Shown one piece after another: positions 51,754 to 64,000 of a stretch of DNA of 64,000 bases. Location of the stretch: assembly GCA_951406725.2 (NCBI GenBank), contig OX597814.1, forward strand, positions 142,476,001 to 142,540,000, read 5' to 3'. The notes beneath the pieces are model-generated. The model was not told the origin of the DNA, ran no database searches, and worked only from the letters and a program-made list of their open reading frames with translations. The position numbers and the translations under genes were made by a program. The DNA comes from Octopus vulgaris (lineage: Eukaryota). Numbering within the stretch: the first letter of the stretch is position 1; each line of letters opens with the position of its first letter.

Positions 51754-53159
51754 TTATAAATATATAGAGAATGTGATATATAAGACAAGTTATAAATAAT
51801 GACCATTGCATAATTTTCTTTTATTAGTGCAAATTTGGCTTACAGCTGTTTCCAGTAGCCATTATAAGTACATTACTGATAAGTTTTCTCAATCGGTCTA
51901 TTGATCAATTGAGAAAAATTGAACGACCTAAAAAACTTAATACTACTATGGACAGACCTATTTTTGGTTTGATTTATATATATTTATACACACACACACA
52001 GACATACACAATGAGTACGACGGGTTTTCACACAATTTCCAGTTTCTAAACTCACAAATTAAAGGGCTGCCTTGGTGCTATGGCAGAAGATACTTGCCCA
52101 TGGTGTCGCGCAGTGGAACCGAACACGAAACCACGTAGTTGCAAAGCAAGCTTCTTAACTATGCAGCCATGCCTGCACCTTCTTAACAACACAACCATGG
52201 CATCTTTTTTTTTTCTTTTTTTTTTTGCTTTGAAAAATAAGTTTGCACCATCATCCAAAGGAATATTTAAATACAGAACACTGAAGCATTTGAATAAATC
52301 TATGATGTGAGAAGTGAAATGTTTCGGAGTGAATTCTTCTTCAGAGAGAGATAGAGAGAGGGGGGAAACGATGAGGTTTATTAGTGTTAGTAGATAAATA
52401 GATGAAGAGTAATGCTTGCATAGAAGTGTTTGAGTGTGCTTGTGTATGTGTGTGTGTGTGTGTGTGTATGTGTGTCTGTGCACGTGTGCACATAAATATA
52501 TATATAAGAGAGTATATGTGTGTGTGTGTGTGCGAGTCCACACACATACACAAACATATACATATAAATATATAGATATATTCATAGAAATATAATACAT
52601 GGTTGAGTTGACTCACATTCATGCACACATGCACGCATGCACGCACACATGCACGCACACATGCACTCACATACACATGCACGCACTCACGCACTCACGC
52701 ACGCACATTTACATGCCCTCATACAAATACACTGACGCAGAGAAAGAAATTAGAAAGAACATAGAGAAGAGAAAAGAGAGAGATGAAAAGAAGGAAAGTG
52801 GGAAAGTACATGGGTAGGAAGGGGTGAGGTAGTTTTGATGCAAATTGCATTTTAAGGGAGATTATACAAGCACAGTCTGTATCTGTTGATTGCTGATTCT
52901 ATTGATGTTTACGAGGACAAGCTTCCTGTGAACAGGTGTGTGACGTCCCTCGTAATTGATAGATATCACTCAAAGAGCGAAGTAGCTTCACATACAGTCA
53001 AATATCAACTAAAGAGTTATTATTATTATTATTATTGGTTTGACTCATTTCGTTCTTATTGCTAGTAGAATTTATGTGGGTAGCGGGTTACTACTTGTAA
53101 CCTTAGGTATCCGCAAGTTTTCAATAACTTTTCAAATGCTTAAAATCCTCCTGATAATA

Positions 53160-53520
53160 TATAATAATAATAATAATGTAATTATTGTATACAGTGCTCA
53201 GGTGCACAACTTGTCAAACGTGCGTATAAAGCATGTGCAGTGATGTACAAATGTCTGGAAAGTGAACAGTGTATGAGTCAGATACATGCTTGCGTGTGTA
53301 TGAAGGGGAGAAAATCAGGTGTAGTGCTGGCGAATCTCAGGAAGCATGGAAGTTTTGATGGATGCAGTGCTCCGACAACTAACAACTGATGCCGGTAGTT
53401 TGTTCCATGCTTCAGCAACTCTTAGCATGAAAAAAATGTTTCCGAAAGTCATGGGAGCTGTGCTGTTTTCTGACTTTGTAAACATGTCCTCAGGTGTTAG
53501 ACAGATGGAGTTTGAATATG
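53160..53520 (-). mobile_element. CR1-clade LINE 3' end with (ATT)n tail
   Basis: GHVYKVRKQHSSHDFRKHFF...LRVAEAWNKLPASVV. Confidence 0.75.
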
Positions 53521-53625
53521 TTCCTAGTAAGGATTCTTTCTGTTGAAGCCCTACAGAGTATTCTATTCAAAACTCCTTCAACCATTTATCTAAATCTTTA
53601 CTCACAGTTATTAATGCACCAATTA

Positions 53626-54887
53626 TCAGGTCATCCCATAAGTTCTGTCCGATTTTACCTTTTTTTTAAATTGAATGTAATTTAATAGTATTTTAGAATG
53701 TCTAATGGAATTAAAAATTATTTTTATGCATTTGTGTACATTTAAACTAATTGAATTTACAGAATAATAGAATTAAAATTTCTTTGATTAAAACCATTTC
53801 CAGCATGGAAGTATCCAAAGAGCATTTGAGGTACATAATGCTTTATGAGTACAAAAAAGAAAACTCTGCAGCCGAAGCGACTCGAAACATAGACTCAATT
53901 TATGGGAAAGAATGCTTGAATGAAAAAATTTGCAGAAGATGGTTTGCAAAATTCAGAAGTGGAGATTTCAGCCTTGAAGATAAAGATCGAACAGGATGTC
54001 CAGTTGAGTTTGATGATAAGCTCCTTGAGGCATTACTTGAAGAAAATCCTGCATTATCAGTTGAAGAATTGGCGGTAAAACTTAGTTCAAACCATACACC
54101 AGTTCATCGTCATCTTCAACAAGTTGCAAAGGTTCCTAAACTTGGAAAATGGGTGCCTTATGAATTTTCCGAAAGCAACCGCAAATCCCGACTTGACATC
54201 TGCTCTTCTCTCCATTCTCGCGAACTAATTTCACCCCTTTTGGATAGACTTGTGACTGGTGACGAAAAATGGATCTTCTATCGAAATGTTAAACGTCATA
54301 AATAGTGAATTGGTAAAAAGGAAAAAGCTCAGCCACAACCTAGAAGGGAACTTCATGGGGAAAATGTTATTCTCTCTATCTGGTTGGATTGCAAAGGAGT
54401 AATTCACTTTGAATTGTTATCATCTAATCAACAATCAATGCCCAAATCTACAATCAGTAATTAGAGCGTTTGAACCAAGCTTTGAAGAAAAAAAGACCTG
54501 CTTTAATTTCATCAGGACAACGCGATACCCCACACTGCAAAAATCACATTACAGAAGATCGAAGATATAGGTTAGGAAAAAAATCTTCGACCACCTTATT
54601 CTCCCGACCTTGCCCCTTCAGACTACCATTTGTTTCGTAGTTTACAGAATCATTTAGGGGACATAACTTTCACAAGCCAGGAGAAGGTCGAAACTGACAT
54701 TTCAGAGTTCTTCGCTTTGAAACCAAAACAGTTTTACATTGATGAGATTAAAAAGCTTGTAAATAGATGGAAGGAAGTCATAGATAATCAGTGAAAGTAC
54801 ATTGATGATTAAATTGCAATTAAATTTAACATTTATTTACATGTTTTCTTTATTCAAAATTCGGAGAGAACTTATGGGATGGCCTTA
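53626..54887 (+). mobile_element. mariner (DD34D) transposon, defective
   Basis: imperfect TIRs tcaggtcatcccataagttctgtccga / tcggagagaacttatgggatggcct. Confidence 0.88.
53805..54812 (+). pseudogene. mariner transposase pseudogene
   Basis: CRRWFAKFRSGD, WVPYEF, VTGDEKW, HQDNA, PPYSPDLAPSDYHLF; stops and deletions. Confidence 0.92.
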
Positions 54888-55279
54888 CAATTTTCATGCT
54901 CCAAATTCTTGCAATTTCAAATTTAAGGGATAGCATTTTTTTTAATGTTTCATCCTCTTTCTTTATAATCCTGGAATCAAGCGAAAACTTCGCTTTTCCT
55001 TATCTATTATTGTTATATCCGGTCTATTATTTTCTAACTTCTTGTCCGTTTGAATAGGAAAATCCCTTAAAACTTTGCATTTTCTCGACTCCAGCACTCA
55101 AATCTCCACCTCTGACTAAGCATCAAGTGTAGAACTTCCATGTCTTATATTCTCCCTGGGCCAACTGGAGATATTCTACAACAATGTGTACCACTGTTTC
55201 ATTCCACAGACTCCACATTTTTCTGACACTTTCTTCCCATACACATATTTTTATCATCATCATCATCATCATTATTATA

Positions 55280-55815
55280 ATCGAGTGAGAGAGCGGCTCA
55301 CGCCAGCAAAGTAACGCTCGGGTACATATATACGAAGGCCAATATGCCCATCATGACTACCCATCTGATAAGGCTACACCAGGCACATGCATCACAACAA
55401 AATGCGTAACATGGTGACCTCATATCAAGTTAAAAACTGTATGTCTTTGCAAGTAGGGCCCAGTTAGGATTTTTCTTCAGGTCGAGTAGCCGATCAAAAG
55501 ATCCCTGAATAATGGGTTGTTTAAGGATGACGAACGAAGCACCCGTGTTTCCAGGTATGAATTGTTTAAAACACAAAAGTTCCTCTCGACACATGACAGT
55601 GATAGTCCTCCACTATTCCTGCTCATGATCAGAGATGCACATATCGTCAGCCACTAAAGGACATACACAAGAAGTTATGGTCAAATAACAGAATTCAAAT
55701 CTGTGGTATTGAGCAGAACATTTGTTGTAGCCCATCTTTTATACCAAGACAAAACATGCACATGATATCCCTTCCAATCAGTTAAGATCAGAAGTCTTGA
55801 GAGCCACTGACTGCT
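55280..55815 (-). repeat. Unclassified dispersed repeat; partial opposite-strand copy at ~62595-62760
   Basis: ttctgctcaatatcacagatttg...gtcccttagtggctgacaatatgtgcat (62600ff) matches the reverse complement of 55560-55725. Confidence 0.65.
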
Positions 55816-55819
55816 ATTG

Positions 55820-55960
<141 letters not shown>

Positions 55961-57884
55961 GTTTCACCTTTGCTTTGATACCCAGCTCTCAATCAGAGAT
56001 GTCAAAAGACAAGTTTTGTATTTAAAGATTCCACCAGGTGAAGTGCTATGCAATCAGAAAAAAAGTGTTTGTGTAAAAAATAAATTTTCCTTATAAAATT
56101 TATAACAATGAATAATATTGAATTTACATGGAGGTGCTATAAGGAGGTACCAGTTACATGTGTGGTACCATAAATATGATATTTTGCAATTTGTCCGTCT
56201 TCACGTTCGGAGTTCAAACTGCAGTGGTTGACTCTGCCTTTCATACTTTCGGTGTCGGTCAAATAAGTAGCAATTGAACACTAGGGGTCGATGTAATATA
56301 CTTACCCTCTCCTCCGAAGTAAACTACTGGCCTTGTGCCAAAATTTGAAAGCAAAATTTCCTGTATGCACATATAAAGAAAACTGTAAAACGCCTTCAAG
56401 TAGTTAATCCGTGCTATACTCAAACCCTAATTTTTTTTCTACAGCCTTTGATCAGTAATAGATATTTACAGTAATTGATATTTACATATGGAGTATCCGT
56501 TCTATCTTGTTGTAAGCAGGTTGTTGCTTTTTAAAATTTTCGAGATTCTTATTTGCGATATTAAATTTTTTTCAAGTCTATGCACCTCATTTAGAAGGTA
56601 AATTTTCCCATAGAAATCTCACACAGTCTTACGATGGTAATTTTCATTAGGATCTTGTATGTCATGATTGAAGTCCCACTAAATCACTAAACTTTCAGAG
56701 TGGTCTTTCCCTTATCCCGATGTGCCTTCTTTTCAATTCTTTTTGTGCCAACCTACTATGTTCCCATTCTATACGGTTCAAAGTCAATTTTGTATAGTTT
56801 GTTGCACATCTGACACGTATCTTTAAGTTTTTATCTGTTTAATTAACAAGGATCGTTTAAATCAATCGTACTTTCACACCCATTTCTAATCCTCTATCTT
56901 TCAATCAAGATCATTGTTCTTCTGTTTGCTTGACAAACTCTGTAACGCTTAGGTTTACATTATCTTGTAATCCTTCTACACTTCTGTGTATTGATTATTG
57001 ATCTTCTTATCTGCCATATGATCTTGTTAGTGTAATATCTCTCTAGTCTTATAACTACCAATGTATTCTGTCTCTTTACTTTTTATCTTTTACTTGTCTC
57101 AGTCATTGTTTGTGGCCATGCTGGGGCACCGCTTTGACAGAATTAGTCGAACAAGTTGACTCCACTTCTTATTTTTGAAAAGCAAAGCAAGCAAACCAGT
57201 ACAGGTTGTCTAGCGGTGGTGGGGTACCAACACAAACACTAAGGGAAGACTTCTTTCAGTTTCCTTCTACCAAATCCACTCACAAGGCTTTAGTCGGCAC
57301 AAGACCATAATAGAAGACACTTGCCCAAGGTACCACGTAGTGGGACTGACCTCAAAACCACGTGATCACGTGATTGGAAAGCAAATCCTCCCCACACAGC
57401 CACGACTGCGCCTATAAGCAGTGGCTGAGAGAAAAATAAACTTGGTACCAATTGAAATGTGCTTATGAGATATTTGAACCTGTAAGGAACCTGCAGTTTG
57501 TCATGGAGTCGTATTCTGTAATATTCAATAATCTGCTACATCTACTTTCCTTGATATATACAATCTACTAACAGTTCCGTAGAGGAAACTCAGCATACTT
57601 CATAAGTTTTCTTGTGTATCTCCTTCACCCAGACAAGTTTTCTTCCACTGAAGGAATGCTCTAGGTTACAAAGACAGTGAGCAGGATCAGCCTTCTTTTG
57701 TAGACACATGTTTCCATAACATCTCTGTTTGACTGATCGATACTCCCGGGTGGATCCTATGGTATATTGTATCTTAGGAGTTATTTACAATCCCCTATCG
57801 GTTGGTTTGTATGGTTGGTAGTATGTTAACACTCCCACTGTATCATAGACTAATGCTAGAGTTATTGGCAACGATGGTCTGGTG

Positions 57885-58071
57885 CAACACTTCTCAACCG
57901 GGGTTCCGCAAAAGGTTCCTAGGAGTTCCGCGAGAATGAGTGAGATAAGCTAATGCTAATTTCATGATCGTAATATTACTATACATGCACAACATATTAT
58001 TGGTTATTGTAATATTGTAATATAGACATCATTCTATCTAACCTATTATGTTATCAAAAAAAAAATAACAA

Positions 58072-58141
<70 letters not shown>

Positions 58142-58549
58142 ATATGTGTGTGTGTTATTTACCACGTGAACTACGGTGAGAAAAACTGAGAAAGATATGG
58201 TACATAGTTACTTTTGTTCATGGGTTCCTTGTGACATGTAATTTATTTTAAGGGTTACGCAAGGGTAAAAAGGTTGAGAAACACTGGTCCAAGGCATTCA
58301 TTCTCAACCGAGGTCCATATGATTCTTGGGGGTCCATGTAAGAATTTGTTGATAAAATTTAACTTCAATAAATTGGTTAAAATTCTACAATCACAAAATA
58401 TTTTAACATTTTTTAAAATAAAATTCATAACTATATTTAATGATAAAAACATAAAAGGAATTTTTAAACATCGAATGACTAAAAGGGTCCACTCGAGTAA
58501 AATAGGAATCAAAGGGCTCCAGAGGCAAAAAAATGGTTGAGAAATACTG
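57885..58549. mobile_element. Two adjacent hAT (Charlie-like) MITEs: 57885-58286 and 58295-58549
   Basis: TIRs ca.....ttctcaacc / ggttgagaaa.actg; 8-bp flanks gtctggtg, gtccaagg, gtctagag (nTCTAGAn-like target). Confidence 0.7.
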
Positions 58550-60296
58550 GTCTAGAGTATCTTTTGAGGGTTGACGAAAATCATTTCTGCAGTTTTTTTC
58601 GAAGAATTTAAAATTCCGATATTATGAGCGACTTTCAAAAGTCTTTACACTGGTAGTGTTACAATGGGGCACCAAGAATTCATGATAAAGTCTTCAAGTA
58701 CGGTAGTGCTTTCGGCTGGCCTATCCAAGAAGCGCCGAAAACAAGGAAAAATTTTACAGGCTCGCGTTTGATGTCAGAACGTTGGTGATCAGTGGAGTTA
58801 TATCAAACATGTTATTGCGTTTAGGAGAGGTCTTGCTGTTAGTTGAGTCTTTTGTCCTACTGAGTTCCTTCGACAAGTAAAGACAGTGGGTTTTCTTCTA
58901 CCATGATTTAGCCGAAAGGGATTGTCTGATCGACACAATTAAGAAGAAAATAGGAGTTTCCTCTTCAGCCTAGGCCTCATCCATGTCTTCTTAACCATCA
59001 TGAAGATGTAAATGGATAGTATCCACTTAGCGAGTGTGGGGTTAAAAGTCCTACATTTTAAAAATCTACTTGGAAAGTTGTTGCTGTTGTTGTTGTTGCT
59101 GCTTTTGTCCTTGTTTATCCCAGGTTAGCTTTTGTAGATCTGAGAAACATATGATAAATATTCATACCCGCTATGACCTAACCGTTTTCTCTACTGAAAA
59201 ACAGTATCCACTGTTCAATGTGTCCTTTCATAAGACGGCAGTGTGTGGTTTGATGGAGATTTTGCTGGTATTGCTAGCAGCTCGAGCGATCACATAAAGA
59301 TTAATATTCGTTGTTGTAGCTGTTAATGGTGGCGTTGGTGGTGGCTGTCCAGACCAGCCTCGTTCAAACGGATCTATGATCAAAACTGTTCTTGACCAGA
59401 CCGGACATTAATTACCTTAGCATCTGAAAAGAAAAGTAAAGCAAAGACTTACTCAGAAATACAACAAAAACTATCAAAGACAGGAAATAAGTAAAACTAC
59501 GTTCTGAATCAGTAACCAAACATACAAAGTTGTTTATCACCATCTTTGACAAGAATTAGCTTTGGACTGTAGTTCGGAGATTGTAACTGGCGACATAGTA
59601 GAATACTTTTGCAATACATCAGTCGTTAGATTCGTCCTAACCAGACAGAACTACATCAATGTGAATGACCATTTGTCTTGACATGCATCTAAATGGCAGA
59701 ACATAGTGGATACTCTAGTTCAAGATACACTATTTTTAGAACAATAGTAGGGATGGTCACAAATGGAATAGCTTGATTTACAAAATCAGTACCAAATTGA
59801 GTTAAACAGCAACAACTGAGTAATTATGACAAAAGACAAGAAAATATTTCTAATTTTGTATAAAGAAAAAAAGGCGTGGCTGTGTGGTAAGAAGTTTGCT
59901 TCCCAACCACTTGGTTCTGGGTTCAGTCTCATTTCGTAACACCTTGGGCAAGTGTCTTCTACTACAGCCTTAGGCCGACCAAAACCTTGTGAGTGAATTT
60001 GATAGAGGGAAACTGAAAGAAGCCCGTCGTATATATATGTGTATGTGTGTCCTTCGCTCGCTTCACAATCCGTGATGATGTGTATACGTCCCTGTAAATT
60101 AGCAGGTCGGTAAAAGAATATTACAAAGCTTGATTCGTTCAAATAAAAAATTCTTCAACGCAGTGCCCCAGCATGGCCGCAGTCTAAGACTGAAAGAAGC
60201 AAAAAAATAACATTAGTTTACACTTGTTTTCTTTTCCCTTTTTTTTTCTCCAAATTCGAAACTGTTTCTGGGAAAGATATTTTAAAACTAAAATAT

Positions 60297-61391
60297 TATT
60301 TTTTCCTCTAGGCAAAAGACCCGAAATTTTGGGGGAAATGGGGCCAGTCGATTAGATAGACCCCAGTACGTAACTGGTACTTATATAATCGACCCCGAAA
60401 GGATGAAAGGCAAAGTCGATCTCGGCGGAATTTGAACTGAGAACGTAAAGACAGGCGAAATACCTATTTCTTTACTACCCGCAAGGGGCTAAACACAGAG
60501 AGGACAAACTAGGACAGACAAACGGATTAAGTCGATTACATCGACCCCAGTGCGTAACTGGTACTTATTTAATCGACCTCGAAAGGATGAAAGGCAAAGT
60601 CGACCTCGGCGTTTCTACCAGCTCGCCGTCTTTAAAATATTCTTTTCTACTCTAGGCAAAAGGCCTGAAATTTAGGGGGAGGGAGCCAGTCGATTTGATC
60701 GATCCCAGTACGCAACTGGTACTTAATTTATCGATCCCGAAAGGATGGAAGGCAAAGTTGATTTCGGCAGAATTTGAACTCAGAACGTAAAGACAGTCGA
60801 AATACTACTAAGCATTTCGCCCGTCATGCTAACGTTTCAGCCAGCTCACCGCCTTGATTGTTCCAAAAATTATCATACGGAAAAATATCTTCTTTCCAGT
60901 ACAGTCGTAAGCAACATTTCACCCTGCGTGCTAACGTTTCTGCCAGCTCCTCCGCCTTTTTAAAACTAAAATATCTATTTCTTTACTACCCACAAGGGCT
61001 AAACACAGAGAGGACAAAACAAGGAGTGACAAACGGATTAAGTCGATTATATCGACCCCAGTGCGTAATTGGTACTTATTTAATCGACCCCGAAAGGATG
61101 AAAGCCAAAGTCGACCTCGGCGGAATTTGAACTCAGAGCATAGCGGCAGACGAAATACCTATTTTTTTACTACCCACAAGGGGCTAAACACAGAGAGGAC
61201 AAACAAGGACAGACAAACGGATTAAGTCGATTATATCGATCCCAGTACGTAACTGGTACTTATTTAATCGACCCCGAAAGGATGAAAGGCAAAGTCGACC
61301 TCGGCGGAATTTGAACTCAGAACGTATCGGCAGACGAAATACGGCTTCGCATTTCGCCCGGCGTGCTAACGTTTCTGCCAGCTCACCACCT
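60297..61391 (-). mobile_element. Composite cluster of SINE family B units
   Basis: five cgaaaggatg(a/g)aag cores; 17-bp repeat ttttaaaactaaaatat at 60280, 60958 and 61392. Confidence 0.85.
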
Positions 61392-62014
61392 TTTTAAAAC
61401 TAAAATATCGTTAACGTAGCAAGATTTCCTAACACAGTTTCCTGAGCTTTATGTAAATAAATGCTTCCAAAGATGAAACAAGGTAAACATAAAATAAAAT
61501 AACCTTATCAACAACAACAACTACAAAAACGACAACTGTAAGAAAAGTAATGAACTCCATTAAGAAAAATCTGGAAGATTTCAAATTTGGCATTTGTCCT
61601 ACACTCTGGTATTTCATGTGACTTGTTCACAAATCTTACAGTAGGTATTTACATAATTTGCATTGCGATGGAAAATTACTCGTAATTTCAGGATCTAAAT
61701 GATACCCTCTCACGCATTCCCCCATCTCTCTCTCTTTCTCATATGTATACATGTGTGTGAGAATGTGTATATGTGTGTGTGTACCAAGCTATTAAGTGTC
61801 CCTCGGACGGAGAAAATTAAGTGTGAACAAAAATTCTCGTTTCGTGGCTTAATTGAATATTCAAATGACTTAAGGAGCATTAAATGGAAACGTCATTGAT
61901 TTATCACGCGCGCGCACACACACGCACACGTAAGTTTTTCACGTGCGTTTATTTGTATCAGCGTGTATGTAAACATGCACTGGAATGTATGCACATCTAT
62001 ACTTGCCAAATTAA

Positions 62015-62070
<56 letters not shown>

Positions 62071-63149
62071 AGGGCAATAAAGTAAATTTACGTTTACTCT
62101 TTCGCCCTCATCTATTCATGTTATTTCCCGCTAACTTCTACTCATCTCGCCACTAAAACACGGAATAAACACATTCCTTCTGGTTGACATTACATGAGTA
62201 AGGTACGAAGTTAGGCATACATTTTAGGAAAAATCAAATTTTTTTTTCATCATTATCAATATAGATTCATAAGATTAACTTTTTGGGACGATTAGAAATA
62301 CCAGGAAAAAAGCTTTTTATTTCCAAGATAGACCTAATCAGATAAAAAAGATACGTATATATTTTCCTAAGGTGGCGAGCTGGCAGAATTACACTGAATA
62401 ACATTCGGTTTGGGCTTTGGTCAGTAGGTATTATTTCATATTTGCTTCTTTCTAGAAATCAAAGGAAATTATTTCTATTCCATTCAAACTTTGCTTTGGT
62501 GACCTGGACATCAATGTTTTCAAACCGACCTATTTTCCTTTACATTTCAGACATATTCAACGCTGAGTCGCTGAAGCAGATATATCGTTATTGCAAATAT
62601 TCTGCTCAATATCACAGATTTGCTTGTCGGTTGCTTGACTTTAACCACTCGAGCATGTCCCTTAGTGGCTGACAATATGTGCATTTCTGATTATGAGGAA
62701 GAATAGTGAGAGAACATCATAACCATATGTTGAAAGGGACTCCATGGGGTTTGAATAAATGTAATAAAAGCAAAGTTTGGAGGAAATAACCGTATCTCGA
62801 ATTTTTTAAGGGTAAACAAATAGGAAATAACAGCTACTACCCAGGGACAAAAATCGTGTTACACAGTGTTATTAACACGCTTGACAAAAAGCTTAGCGGC
62901 ATTTCTGTCGGCTTTCTTAGTTCTGAGTCCAAATATCACTGAGGTCATCCTTGTTTTTCATCTTATCAGGGCCGATAAAACAAAGTTGCTCTCCTTGGAC
63001 CCTGCCACGGACATGTTAGCTCGGTCACTTATTCGTCATGGAAACCGGGGAGCCAGCCTTATGAGTCCTAGAGCCCCGCCAAAATTTCTTTAAATATTCC
63101 ATATCAAATATAATGGGAACGAATATCTTGTGCATTTTGAAAGTATTTT

Positions 63150-63485
63150 GGAGTGGCTGTGTGGTAAGTAACTTGCTTACAAACCACATGGTTCCGGGTT
63201 CAGTGAGTGAATTTGATAGACGGAAACTGAAAGAAGCCCGTCGTATATATGTATGTATGTATATGTATGTGTGTGTATACGTTTGTGTGTCTGTGTTTGT
63301 CCCTCCAACATCGCTTGACAACCGATACTGGTGTGTTTACGTCCCCGTAACTTAGCGGTTCGGCAAAAGAGACCGATAGAATAAGTATTATGCTTACAAA
63401 GAATAAGTCCTGGGGTCGATTTGCTCGACTAAAGGCGGTGCTCCAGCATGGCCACAGTCAAATGACTGAAACAAGTAAAAGAGTA
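63150..63485 (+). mobile_element. SINE family A, internally deleted
   Basis: ggagtggctgtgtggtaag...aaatgactgaaacaagtaaaagag; other family A copies near 18500-19115, 31570-31980, 52015-52180, 57085-57415, 59873-60200. Confidence 0.85.
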
Positions 63486-64000
63486 TTAGAGTAAGTGACA
63501 AAATTAAATTTTAAAAAAGGAGGATAAAATGGACATTTAAAAATAGAATTATATTGATATTCCTCGAGTTAATTAAAATAGATTTCTTAGTCCAAAGTAT
63601 AATTACGAAATGTAACACTTGCTGAAAAAACAGTGGCTTGACTATATGTTTGTTTCCGTCACTGGATTGTAGTCATACTGGAGCACCGCCTTGAAATATT
63701 TTAGTCGAGTGGCACTTATACATTTTAGGTCTGACAATTATTCTATCAGTTCCTTTTTGTCGAGCTGCTATATTACTGGGACGTAAACGAAGTAATACCG
63801 GTTGTTAAGCTATGCGGAGAACAAGCATGTCCTTCCCGAGCCAATAGAATGTATACAGGCTTATACATGAGATCTTAAAATGCCGCCCTCATTCCTCCCT
63901 GATTACACTACTGTGAAAAATAAGGCGAATTTCTACTTACTTGGGTAAACATCCATGAATAAGAATTACTTTATATCAGTTGGTGAGTAAGACGGTGAGT

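Noticed and set aside
51836-51860. Hammerhead half-motif GAAA-cagctg-TA (minus); weaker candidates near 7440, 21940 and 36110
   Set aside because: The matching half of the core could not be identified, so they were not called
56470-57060. Possible RTE-like LINE remnant (also ~58560-59040)
   Set aside because: Only faint motif resemblance; too degraded to support by eye

Overview
Eukaryotic, AT-rich, microsatellite-dense intergenic or intronic DNA, probably from a coleoid cephalopod (octopus-like; inferred only from recalled SINE families). No intact host gene is evident, and most short ORFs in the track are translations of (TA)n/(CA)n/(TATG)n/(AAT)n tracts. The window is a transposon mosaic: two mariner relics, a maT-like element, a pogo relic, several MITEs, CR1 remnants, many tRNA-derived SINEs and a U6 copy abutting a SINE. 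Its dominant theme is Penelope-like elements (PLEs) at (TA)n tracts. A near-intact PLE (41639-48201, minus) has a 430-aa ORF1 overlapping the RT/GIY-YIG frame at a U7 slippery heptamer and ends in a 2.3-kb palindrome; a second, 5'-truncated PLE lies at 48316-51068. About twelve minimal type-I hammerhead ribozyme motifs were found by eye, several in non-coding foldback elements and one at the tail of a tRNA-headed SINE. An ORF1-only element with a zinc knuckle and an Inr+DPE promoter (148-2375) splits a SINE. All structures were read manually; nothing was computed or searched.
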